Assembly (NCBI GenBank): GCA_051362555.1
Contig: CM120640.1
Location: 37,963,967 to 38,027,966 of the forward strand
From: Lingula anatina
Taxonomy: Eukaryota > Animalia > Brachiopoda
Reading direction: 5' to 3'
Length of the DNA: 64,000 nucleotides
Both the position numbers and the translations under genes were made by a program. How positions within the stretch are numbered: position 1 is the first letter of the stretch; each line of letters starts with the position of its first letter. Below the pieces are notes generated by a model. The model searched no databases, was not told the origin of the DNA, and was given only the letters and a program-made list of their open reading frames with translations. Shown piece by piece: positions 53,065 to 64,000 of this stretch.

Positions 53065-55724
53065 GAAAAAATTCCCATTTTAAGAAAATTTTGGCCTGTT
53101 TGGCCTTGAATTAAAGGTCGCAGCAGGGGCCTAGCAACTAAACTTCGGAGCCAAGATTTAATCCATTTAATGGTGCGTGTGGAGGCGGGGAGACCATCGG
53201 GAATCAGCGGCATCACTTTTGAAGTGGGTTGGCCATATTCAGTCGGCAGATCAGTTAGTTCTTTATTCTGAATGGCCCCAATGTACATAAAAAGCGAGAA
53301 GTTTTGAAAAAATGACCTGATCATGCTGATTTTCTAACTTGACCTGAATTTTATGAATATTCATCAGTTCAGTAAGTTTGAAGACAAAAGTAAAATGATT
53401 TTCCACTAATTGTATTACGTATCACTGAAAGTGCATGGTGATGCGGGCACTGGCGCTGGCGACAACAAATGCAGGTGACGGCTATATGTACAGACTCATC
53501 TGTGTTTGTACATAAAAAACTACCCAAGCTCTTTTTCACCTGTTCATCAATCATTCTGAATTGCCATGGCCACTGTATGTTGTATAAAAACTGTCTGTGG
53601 TCAAATCTGTTATCATCCACGCTAGAGCTTTCAGCATGGTAGGAAGGAGTAATGACAGTCATCTTATGCCGATTAATGGAATAGTACCTGAAGAAGTGCT
53701 TTACCTTGGAGGCAACCTTTTCAGAAAAAGAAAGGAAATATTAAACTGCATTATGATTCCTTTAAGTTACATCTAAGTGTATGTTGACTAGTATCCAACT
53801 GCCTAATAGATATTATTTCATAAAATAGAACTGCTTATTTGATCACAGGAATATGATAATTATCCCTAATAAGTATACACTTTGCAAGAATTATACTTGT
53901 CTTGGAGTACAGGTTTCTTTCCAAGTGTGCACAAGTTTGCCAAACATGCTATATGGACCACAAAATGCCTGCTTTCGAAGTCTACCATAGACTGAAAGTT
54001 CATCGTAAGTCATGCCCAAATCTTTCTGAAAAACAAAATTGAATTTTTTTGTAAAAATGCATTGATGATGGGAAAACTTTATAACTCATGCAGTTCGAAA
54101 TTGGATATCAATTTGTGAGTGGAATAGCACCCACAGAATGTCCCTAAAATAAGTCGAGAAGGAAACTAAGATAAGAATACGTTACAATAGAACATCAATA
54201 TAATTCCATACGGTTGAGCAAAGTGAATTAGAATGGAATTATTTTCTCCTAAGGGGTGGTAGTGTATATATTGTGCAAGTTGTGCTATTGGTAAGAAATG
54301 TGGGTAAGTTACAACAGCTGTTCATTTGACCAGTTAGCACAGACAAGTTGACATGTAAATTTTTATTTTTGTATTTTGTTTTTTGGTTATTGTCATTTAC
54401 ATTTGTTTAGTACATATGGCTGTATTCCCAGAGCTTTTAGATCGATCTATCCCCGCGGGGAGTCTCACTAGATTACTGTCAGATAATCCGGCTTAAATGT
54501 CCATCCCGCCTACTACAAGCTGTAACTTTCGTGTCCGCTCGGCTGACAGCTATTTAGCGTGAACCCCCAGGGAGTTAGGTCGATCTAAAGTAGATCGATC
54601 TAATCTCTGGAAATGGGGTCTATGATTGTTTTTATATGATAGCTACATTAATTTCTTTTGCAGTAATTATTTTCATTTTTTCCAATTTTTGTTACAAAGC
54701 AAGTATATGTGTGTTTGTGTGTAGGCATTGTGGTTTGTTGTAAATGATTGAAGATGGTTTGAAATAAAATTTGTGCGCTAACTACATTCATATGCACTTA
54801 AAGCAATAATAACTCTTCCTTTGAGATTCAAAATTCCGCAAGAAATACATTGTAAACAACGCATGGAAATATATTATATTGCATTTCACCTCTAAAACGG
54901 CTGTTATTGTAGTAAATCTAAAAACTGTGCTTGTCAATAGGGTTTTTGATGCCTTTCTTCCCGGTCGTCAAGGCATTCGCCTTCATTCAAGACCAAAATA
55001 ACATATGGCGGCATATAGGGATAGCAGACGCGTGATGCAATCCTCAGACATAAGTTCGGGTTTTTGTACAGTGCGTGGGATAACGAAGGAATGGGGTCGT
55101 TGACCATTGGTAAGTACGGGCAAATTGCCGTTTACTCCAGGAAAATCCAATTTTTGGCCAAAATGAAGAGTTATTATGACTTTTATATGTTGACTGTGTT
55201 GTTTAATTCTTAATGTTATTCAGTGCTGGTTATTCTCTGGGAGAATCGGGGACACCCTGAACATAAGCACTAATTTTAATTGATTAATAGTTTTTAGTTT
55301 TTTTTAAATCAGTGTAATGATTTCTGACATCCTACCTCATCTGTCTGTACTAGTTTGCCATCCTTGAGTGGTTCCAGCTCTGCCGTTGGAGGTGCAGCAT
55401 ATATGCTGAAAGAAAATGTTTACAAAATGGTACTTTTATTTTCCCAATGTCGAAAAAATGCTAATAAACAGATAAATTGTCAGAATAACATGCAAACTAT
55501 TACCTGATTTTCTCTTTTGCTGCACAAATTACAAATGAAATGTATCTAACATGATTTATGTTAATGACAGTTTGGATTTGCACTCACTCTTTCAAAGCTG
55601 TAAATCCAAATTTATTAATTGAGTATGTGGTAAACTTCCTGAGGTCTGTTTTACTGATGGCCCCTATTGGGTTCAGATCAGCACTGGAGCAGTCATATTT
55701 GGTAATGTGGCCACGCAAACTGTA

Positions 55725-55761
<37 letters not shown>

Positions 55762-58700
55762 TTATTTGCTATAATCGCAACCCAAAGGTTGAAGTTTTAC
55801 AATGTATCATAAATAAAATCATAAGGTATTTAAAGGTAACTAAAAATTATAAACTAAAAGACCAAAGCTTTAAAAAAAGTCAATCTGTACATCTCTGTAC
55901 ATTTCTGGTTGCTAAATCTTACCGTTCATCCATATTTGTAGAGCCTAACACCAGGAGTCCTCCTGGTCTCCCTCTGGCCCACAGAGACAACTGTGCAAAT
56001 AGGTAAGCTAGAACCATACGAAGTCTGGCCTGGAAATGAAAAAGAAAACATGCAAAGTAAATTGACTTTTCCAATCTGGATTAAAAATAAAAAGGAAAAA
56101 ATTCAAGGTAAATATATTCATTTAACAGGGATATGATTTTAGTATATCCTCATAATTTTCAACATTATGCATATTAATCCCCTGATCTACATGTATGTGA
56201 CCCTTTCGATGATTTTGAATGAGTTTTAGAAATTAAATCTCAAATTAGTGTTCTCTGTAAATAAATTTGATAAAATGGCTCATGGTGAAAAGTAGGTCAA
56301 AGGTCAAGTTCAAAGTCCTATTCAAGCTCGATAGTAACTAAAGGCATATCTCTGCCAGTTTTGGAGATCTCGATATAAGGGAAGGAAAATTTGCAAAGTT
56401 CAAGTCATGGTGAAAAGAAGGTCAATGTGACTTCCTGGAGGAGGACAGACCATCATGGAATTAGCGGCATTGCTTTTGAAGTGGGGTCGGCCATATGAAG
56501 TTGGTGGATCAGTTAGTACTTGGATCAGCTATTCTAAATGGCCCCTAGGAGGAGAAGTGGTCTTGGTGATGTGTCGGCAGAGCCAGCAGACAGGATGGGT
56601 CGGGACTAAAACCATATGTACATCAGCGCCACACTGGTGGTACAATAAAATGTATCGATCTGTACCTGTATATTCTGTAATGCCACATTCTCTCTCAGAC
56701 TACCCCCATGAGCTGTGAACCTGGGTACCACCCCCATCACTGCAGTAAATATACCCAGAACTGCTGCAACTGCTGTGTCTATTTTGATTTGAAGGTGGTG
56801 ACTGAAAATAAAGACATCACCAGCACATAATGTTTGATATTCTGTATTAATTAAACATAAGATACAAGAAGAAATCTCCTTATAACCATGCACACTTTCA
56901 CTGACCGAAAAAAAACTACTTTCACATAATGCTTCTTGCCAAAAACAAACAATTAAGGGAAACTATCAATTAAATTTATAATAATTAATTTGCAGATTAC
57001 AAATACTTAACAAACTTCTGGAAATACCATAATTCATTCATTCTGTTAAGTATGCATATTAAACATACAATCAAATAGTACTTTTAAAATTTACATTCAC
57101 CTTCCAATCTGCTCAGCAAGCTTCCTTGATCTTTCCTTAGTTTCCTCTGAATTGTTATCTGTTGCCATAAAGCATGTGGTGAACACTCTATTGGCCAGTT
57201 CTTTGGGGTCTGTAGGAATGTAGTTAGGATCTCCTGTTATTTTCCTGGCATCCTCTGATACTTTGGAATCTGCAAAATTATATGAATATCAAAATATTGT
57301 ATAAATACATTAGGCATGAAAAAAGTAGCTGTTTCAAATGCAACCTCAATGTAATTATGAAATAAAATAAGAGTCCTACCTCCCTCACGCACAGCTTCAC
57401 AGACCAGATGACACATGGAGGCCACTATACAAGCAGTACTGGAGCTGTCAATACCGCCACTGAGAGGCAAGAAATATCCTCCGCTGCCACTGCGGCGTAA
57501 GTAATCCCAAAGCCAACACGCTGGACCAAGACTAAAATAAATCAGATCTAGCATTTAAACTTGAAAATGCATTCCAAAATCATGTTCTTACTCTATTTCT
57601 GAACAAATCTGGTCAATTTTTTAACAATTCTGGGAACATAAAATCTTAAAAAAGCTCACGCAATCTCCTCCTGTGGTGTGTGGTACTTCCATTCTATTGG
57701 CTCATAGACAGGAAAGAAAAAGTCATCTTCATGAGACAATGAAAAATCCACCTTCACTCTTGGAAAGGCTTTACACGAAGCTGCCTACAAAACACAAGTA
57801 TCAATTAAGCAGCACTTTATAACCTAGTCACACTAGAGGCATAATGAGCTAGAATTAGTAAGAATGAGTTCTTTGTACATTGTATGTTCCTGGATATTCA
57901 AATTGTGTTCTAAAATCTGAGCGCATTCCAAATATATGGGCCCATTCTTGTGTCCAGTTGGAATGTTTTGCTCACGCTCCAAATTTTCTAAGTGCATTCC
58001 AAGTGGAGAAATAACGAATGGCATTCTAAGGGTGCTTTCCCAGAGATTTAGATCGATCTAAAGATTAAGTTTTAACTCCCTGGGGGTTCACGCTAAATTG
58101 CAGTCAGCCGAGCGGGCACCATAGTTAATCACCCCCTTACAGCTTTTAGTAGGCGGGACAGACGCTTAAGCCGGCCAAGCTGACAGTAATCTAGTGAGAC
58201 TCCCCACAGGGATAGATCAATCTAAAAATCTATGGAAATGGGGTGTAAGTGTATTCTAACTGCACTATGAGTGCATTCTTAATATTTTTACAGCATTCCA
58301 ACAGGAGAACAGAAATGGCAAGACACTTCAAATCCTGCCAGAATGTTCCCAGACAACTGCTTAGCACAGCACATCAAAATGCCAAGGAACTATAATCTAG
58401 CTTACTCTTCTAAATAATTTACAATAAAAATTAATTCTTACTGATTGACACCTGGACTTTATCTGATTTTTATAGCCACGGACATCCTCTAAATCTAAAG
58501 TTGCTGTCAATACTTCCTGAAAATATACAAACAAACACATTTCAATCATCCACTTACAAATGTGGTGCAGTAAAAAGGCTTCTTCAAAGTGAACCTAAAC
58601 TAGAAAAATACAAAACAGAAGAATACCTTAAGTGGACATAAAGTATTTTGAACTAAGGCCGTCATGAAATATAAAAAAGCAAGTAATGTTAATAGAAATA

Positions 58701-60321
58701 AATTGGCCAATGGTATTAATAAATCATTGCAGCCATCTTAAATCAATTTTAAAGATCATATTCAATACCAAGAGTTCAAGGTTAGTTATACTTCCATTAT
58801 GCTGCACAATCATTAAGCATGATGTCACTTTTTTTGCCTCTTTTAATAACCTTTTAATTTGGATGTTAAACAAGAAGAAAGCATACCACTTCATTCAAAG
58901 AGAACTGTTTTCCCTGAGCAATTATGTCTCCATTTATTGCTATCTTTGATCTGCCATCAAAATACAGTCTGTCTCCATCACAGCCAATCTGGTTGGCAAA
59001 CAAATATATGCCACCACTCTGTAACAGATAAGAAAAAGAAATAATTAAGGATATTCCTTGTGTTCAGAGATGGAATATTTTTATTTGATACAATCCAAAC
59101 ATATTCAAGTGTATCCTATAGTTTGACTTCCCTTGTCATTGGTGAATAACAAATACATGCTTATTGACACAAGACTATATTCAGTTAAAGAAAAACTGGG
59201 AGGTACATACCTTATATGTTGCACTTTTTACCAAGTCTACACTTTCATAGGCCTTCCCAAGTTGATGGTGACTTGCACTTCCATTAGTAAATATTTCCAC
59301 CCCATCCAGGCCCATAGCTACATGTCGACTGCATCAAAAATGTTAAAGTCATAATATAAGAATACTACAAATTTCACCCTGAGTTATATCGTGTTATGTA
59401 TTTCCTTACACAGGCACTCACATTGGGTCATATCTTGATATTTACCAACAGTTTATTTCTGTTCATTTGTTGAAATTAAAGATATTCATGAATGGATATC
59501 TAATTAAAAGTAACTTTTAAAACATCTGCTGGCAACCTTGTGACAAAGGCTGAGATATACACTGACAAAGAAAGTTGAAATAATCTTGTACCTACCCAGG
59601 CCCGTAGCCAGCAATTTCAAAAGGGGGGTTCTTTTTCTGAAAAAGTGCACCTTTTTCCATAAAAACTTCATGAACCTAGATCAAATTTTACCCAGAGTGG
59701 ACCTTTTCCCACCAAAAGGGGTGGTTCTTTCGAACCCCCCGAACCCCCCCTGACTACGGGCCTGCTACCTTTCTGCTGTCCACAACTCCTCACAAATCTC
59801 ACTGCCTATACAAGTATCTAAGGTTGATAAGACTGCATCCCCAATTGGTACTGTTTGCTTTGATACAAATACAAGGTAATTACAAGGTAAAATTAAAAGA
59901 ACGAAAAAAAACTGAGCAAAAATGCTCATTAGCTTGATAGTTGGATCATAAATGAAAATTATCAAACACAAGCAAAATACTTTCATACCATTAGCTTAAT
60001 TACAGCCAACCTGGCCTTCATTAGACTTCATTTATGAACCAAAAAATCTGTAACCTTAACTGAGCTGAAACCTGGATGAAATATTTTATGCATTCAATGA
60101 TACACAGTATAATACACTTGGACTTGATTCTGAGACATTTCCTTTAAATGTACTTCAAGCCAATTGTTCGCCATCTTACCTGCCCTGTTATTTCTTGGAT
60201 CATGCAAGGGAGAAAATATTCTTCTGTCTGCTGAAGTTTAGCCCAGCCAGTGAAGTAACGATACTCCCTATAGTTGCCATCACATGCCAACTGAATTTTA
60301 GGTCTTATCAACAGGATTTTC
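50163..60321 (-). CDS. NADSYN1: NADSYN1 tandem paralog, copy 2. Exons 5-19 are visible; exons 1-4 are not in the window. Diverged and possibly decaying
   Basis: Exon-by-exon collinearity with copy 1 (e.g. 60180-60321, 59769-59857, 57379-57530, 53520-53716, 50163-50670), including intron and 3' UTR similarity back to ~47660. A frameshift near the end of the last large exon gives [10 protein letters not shown]. Confidence 0.88.
50792..50826. repeat. (AC)n microsatellite
   Basis: Direct reading. Confidence 0.95.
50827..53514 (-). mobile_element. Cluster of degenerate family B copies (~50827-51959; ~51986-53514), with a degenerate family A element nested at ~52022-53290
   Basis: Similar to 640-1680. 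Family A end CTAGAGGATC...ATTGTACCACCA at ~52023-52068 and decayed 146 bp units. Family B terminal palindrome at ~53486-53513. Confidence 0.7.
53018..53061. repeat. (TA)n microsatellite inside the degenerate family A element
   Basis: Direct reading. Confidence 0.95.
54418..54620. mobile_element. ~200 bp MITE with 3 bp TSD (TAT), Harbinger-like
   Basis: Imperfect TIRs TTCCCAGAG..TAGATCGATCTA / TAGATCGATCTA..CTCTGGAAA; an inverted relative lies at 58030-58245. Confidence 0.65.
54802..55181. mobile_element. Second, diverged and inverted relative of the Kolobok-type MITE
   Basis: TTAA|AGCAATAATAACTCTTC ... GAAGAGTTATTATGACT. The subterminal sequence matches 8607-8650 in reverse. Confidence 0.65.
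55728..55760. repeat. (TAA)n microsatellite immediately upstream of a splice acceptor of NADSYN1 copy 2
   Basis: Direct reading. Confidence 0.9.
56280..56648 (-). mobile_element. Truncated family A element close to a splice donor of NADSYN1 copy 2
   Basis: AAAAGTAGGTCAAAGGTCA unit plus terminal GGGACTAAAACCAT...CTGGTGGTACAATAA. Confidence 0.7.
58030..58245. mobile_element. Inverted copy of the 54418-54620 MITE with TAA TSD, inside a further copy-2-specific insertion (~57830-58390)
   Basis: Shares GGGGAGTCTCACTAGATTACTGTCAG and GCGTGAACCCCCAGGGAGTTA in reverse orientation; flanked by TAA on both sides. Confidence 0.65.
59597..59764. mobile_element. 168 bp MITE with 5 bp TSD CTACC, inserted at the exon 6 splice donor of NADSYN1 copy 2
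   Basis: CTACC|CAGGCCCGTAGCCA ... TGACTACGGGCCTG|CTACC. The empty site GTACCTACCTTTCTG is present in copy 1 (~43894-43908). Confidence 0.88.
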
Positions 60322-60348
60322 CTGTCAGATATAACAAAATCATTATGA

Positions 60349-60470
60349 ACTAAAGGATCAGAGAGGTAATATACCTCCAGATATTGTACCACCAGCTGAA
60401 GTCAGCGCATTCGTATGGAAAACCAAAACAAAGGGAAGCCTGGTGACCACCAGTGTTGTGCTCGACAGGA
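60349..60470 (-). mobile_element. Terminal fragment of a family A element, interrupted by the LINE
   Basis: CTAAAGGATCAGAGAGG...ATATTGTACCACCAGCTG matches 3046-3095. Confidence 0.65.
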
Positions 60471-60730
60471 TAAGCTGTTGCACTACAGTATAAGATAGCC
60501 TACAATGACTTTTATGTTAATTCTACCTTCTCTCTTATACTCGTCCACAATTTGAATTAATGTGTACATATTGCAATATATTTTTATGTTGGTAATAGGT
60601 AGAGCTATTTGGAAGAACGGTGCCAAGCTGGTGACCAAAGGTGGCAAAAAGTAGTTTTGAGGTAAGAGCGATAAAAAGCAAAATAAGGAAAAAAGCAAAT
60701 CCCAACATTTATTAGAGCCGAATTTATTAA

Positions 60731-63700
60731 ATGACAAATTGTATTAAGATTGTTTCTGTTAACTGCCAGGGCCTTGGGGATAGACAAAAAAGAAAAGACA
60801 TATTTTCATATTTAAGACAACAAAAAAAAAATGATATTCTACAGTATGCCTACAAGACACACATTTTACGGCAGAAATGGAATCAAAGGTTAGGTCCGAG
60901 TGAGGAAATAAGGCCTATTTTAGTCTGTACAGGTCTAACTCGAGGGGTGTTGCTATACTTTTAAATAGCACTGCTGATGTTAAAGTAATTAATGAAAAAA
61001 AAAAGACAATGCAGGTAACTTTATATTACTAAGAGTGCATTCTCAACAAATTAAGCCAGGCTTTACAAAGCCGGTGACCTAAAAATGGCGGACGTACATG
61101 AAAGAAAAACCGCCTAATCTTTTAATAGTCTCTCCGCCTCCCCACACGTCGTCCCTGCGGGGTACAGTAATTAAATCTCGGCTCCGTTCGCCATGCGGAA
61201 GCTACCTGAGAAATATTTAGTGCGCATGCTCATCAGTTAAACTCGTGGTGAAGAAAGCATGGCGGCTGAAGGCGATCGAAGGAAAAAAGCTCTTCTGTTC
61301 TATTATCTTTGAAAACAGAGACGAAAAAGGAATAATTTGGCCCGTAGAGCAGCAATGAATCAACTATCTACGGAGATAATATCACCAGAGATATTCACGG
61401 AAATATTAATGTTCGGAGCCGAGATTTAATTACTGTACCCCGCAGGGACAGTAATCTCGGCTCCGTTCGCCATGCGGAAGCTACCTGAGAAATATTAAGT
61501 GCGCATGCTCATCAGTTAAACTCGTGGTGAAGAAAGCATGGCGGCTGAAGGCGATCGAAGGAAAAAAGCTCTTCTGTTCTATTATCTTTGAAAACAGAGA
61601 CGAAAAAGGAATAATTTGGCCCGTAGAGCAGCAATGAATCGACTATCTACGGAGATAATATCACCAGAGATATTCACAGAAATATTAATGTTCAGAGCCG
61701 AGATTTAATTACTGTACCCCGCAGGGGCGACGTGTGGGGAGGCGTGTGAGAGGCGGAGAGACTATTAAAAGATTAGGCGGTTTTTCTTTCATGTACGTCC
61801 GCCATTTTTAGGTCACCGGCTTTGTAAAGCCTGGCTTAATTCGTTGAGAATGCGCTCTAAATTTGATTCTTCCGACTTCTATAAACAGATAGAAATGGTG
61901 CTACAGGACACAGATAATGAGTACTCTATTATCTGCGGTGATTTCAACTTGGTTTTAAATCCAGAAATAGATTATGATCAGACACATCGACATATAAATG
62001 ACCCAAAAGCAAGAAAAAAGTATTGGAACATATTGAAATTTATGATTTAGTTGATATTTATAGTATAGAGAACAACATGAATGTCATATACTTGGAGGAG
62101 AAAAAAAAACATTAAACAAGCGAGACTAGATGTTTTCCTTGACAGAAAATCTTTTAAGAAGTATTAAAAATTCATATATTGAATCAAGTTATAGATCAGA
62201 CATTGTGGGGATAAATATTGAATTTAACCCATTTAGGAAAGGTAAAGGGATATGGAAATTTAACAATTTTCCGCTTGATGATTTAGAATATATTGACAAT
62301 ATAAAACAACTTATTAATAATATAAAAAGCCAGTATGCACTTCCTGTCTATAACCTATATAATACCTACTCAATTTCAGACAGTTTACCATAAATGATCA
62401 ACTCTTTTTTGAGACCCTACTTATCAAAATCAGGGGCAAAACCATTTCTGTTTCATCTTATAAGAAAAAACTAGTTGACAACAGAGAAAAAACTTTGATA
62501 ACAGAAAGAAGTAATTTGGAAAGAAATTACAAGAGGAACTAAAAAACATCAGGGAAAATCAAATAAGGGGTAGCATGATAAGATCCAGGGCAAAGTGGTT
62601 GGAAGAGGGCGAAAAACCTACTAAATATTTTTTAAACCTAGAAAACCAAAATTTCACTTCAAAAATAATACCTAAGATAGTTAAAGATAATGGAGAAGTA
62701 ATTACAACCCAAACACTAATTTTAAAATGAATAGTTATTTGCAGAGTCTAATAAAGTGACTGATGTTGATTTAAGTACAATTATTAAGTACAATCCTACC
62801 GCACAATTATCCATCGAGGCTCAAAGATGTGGAGTCAAGTGAACTATAGGGTGTTATTTGTCTAAATGAAGCCTCCAAAATTCTGAAAACAAAATGAAAA
62901 GTAACAAGAGTCCAGGCTCAAATGGGTTCACTGTCCAGTTCTTTAAAGTATTCTGGCCACAGCTCGGCAATTTTGTTGTTAGATCCATTAAATTGGGTTA
63001 CTAAACTGGTCAACTTTCAATTACACAGCATCAGAGTGTAATCATGTGTCTCCCTAAGGGTGAAAAGTCCAAGCAATACTTGAAAAACTGGAGACCGATC
63101 TCTTTGTTAAATGTAACCTATAAAATAGCCTATAAAATAGCATCCAAAGTCAAGAAATACCTGGGCAAACTAATTTCAGATGACCAATGCGGTTTTATTT
63201 CCGGGAGATATATCCGGGAAAGTATCCGTACTGTATATGATATTATGCAATACAGAGAAGATAATGATATTCCTGGACTGAAAGTGGTATTAGATTTTGA
63301 AAAAGCTTTTGACGCTGTAACGTGGAAATTCATAAACAGGGTACTAGTTTTTTTTTAATTTTTAAATTTTGGTGAAAGTATTATCAAATGGACAAATACT
63401 TTCAATATAATAAAGGTGCCCAAGCAGCAATAAATCAAGGAGATAATCTCTCAGAGTCCTTTTACATTAAAAGAGGTTGCAGGCAGGGAGACCCAATAGC
63501 CCCCTATTTTTTTATTTTATGTGCAGAAATACTTTCAAGTATACTCAAAAATAACAAAAATATAAAAAGTATCACTATTGATAACGCCCCTATTTTATTA
63601 CTCAATATGCAGACGATACGACTGTGATGCTTGATGGCTCAGAAAAGTCTTTATCTGAACTAATGACTGAATTAGAGAAATTTTCAAAAATATCAGGATT

Positions 63701-64000
63701 GAAAATCAACAAAGATAAAACAAAAATAGTATGGATAACACGTATGAAGTTCAGAAATTTAAAATTTTTGCCACATATGCATCTTGATTGGGGAAAGTAT
63801 CAGTTTAATCTTTTGGAAATCGATTTCATGTTGATCTATTTCAAATCCCCAAACTTAACTCTGATAAGAAATTAGTAAAAATTAAGTCTAATCTTAAAGT
63901 ATGGAACAGAAGAATGGTCACCCCCATCGGCAAGTGTATGATTATAAAATCCTTAATAATTTCTCAATTAAATCATTTGTTTATATCCTTACCAAATCCT
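60731..64000 (+). mobile_element. Degenerate non-LTR retrotransposon ORF2 (L1/Tx1 clade): APE endonuclease plus reverse transcriptase, with many frameshifts and stops; continues beyond the window
   Basis: IKIVSVNCQGLGD (endonuclease domain I), IICGDFNLVL, GKGIWKFN, RSRAKWLEEGEKPTKYFLNLE, LKNWRPISLLNVTYKI, LDFEKAFD, RGCRQGDPIAP, QYADD (~63603), GLKINKDKT. Confidence 0.93.
61033..61857. mobile_element. Second copy (825 bp) of the Harbinger-type MITE, with a ~279 bp internal tandem duplication, inserted in the LINE endonuclease region
   Basis: Same TIRs and TAA TSD as 38873-39418. The core is repeated at ~61174 and ~61453. Confidence 0.88.

Larger units (their letters stand above)
36869..64000 (-). 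repeat. Tandem segmental duplication: unit 1 ~36869-47659, unit 2 ~47660 to beyond 60340
   Basis: CCAGCAGTTGAG(G/A)GGCATATTGATT starts at both ~36869 and ~47660, and similarity continues through the 3' flank, exons and introns. Confidence 0.85.

Overview
AT-rich, intron-rich eukaryotic DNA from an invertebrate animal. The repeat families and gene structures suggest a mollusc or other lophotrochozoan (inference). Genes, left to right: the 5' half of a REPS1/2-like EH-domain gene (minus; ATG 14999, runs off the left edge); a complete 15-exon RBBP4/RbAp48 gene (plus, 15413-28875, 426 aa) head-to-head with it; a complete UCP2/3-like mitochondrial uncoupling carrier (plus, 30672-33207, 318 aa); and two tandem copies of glutamine-dependent NAD+ synthetase NADSYN1 (minus). 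Copy 1 is complete (847 aa, with a ~155 aa low-complexity C-terminal extension). Copy 2 is diverged, heavily invaded by transposons, and its exons 1-4 are not in the window. The introns hold many nested non-autonomous elements: two Helentron/HINE-like families with internal tandem arrays (146 bp units carrying perfect AGGTCA-A-AGGTCA DR1 motifs, and ~161 bp units), a 935 bp near-perfect foldback element, MULE-, Harbinger-, Kolobok- and TA-TSD MITEs, and a degenerate L1/Tx1-type LINE. All exon and repeat coordinates were read by eye and may be off by a few bases.
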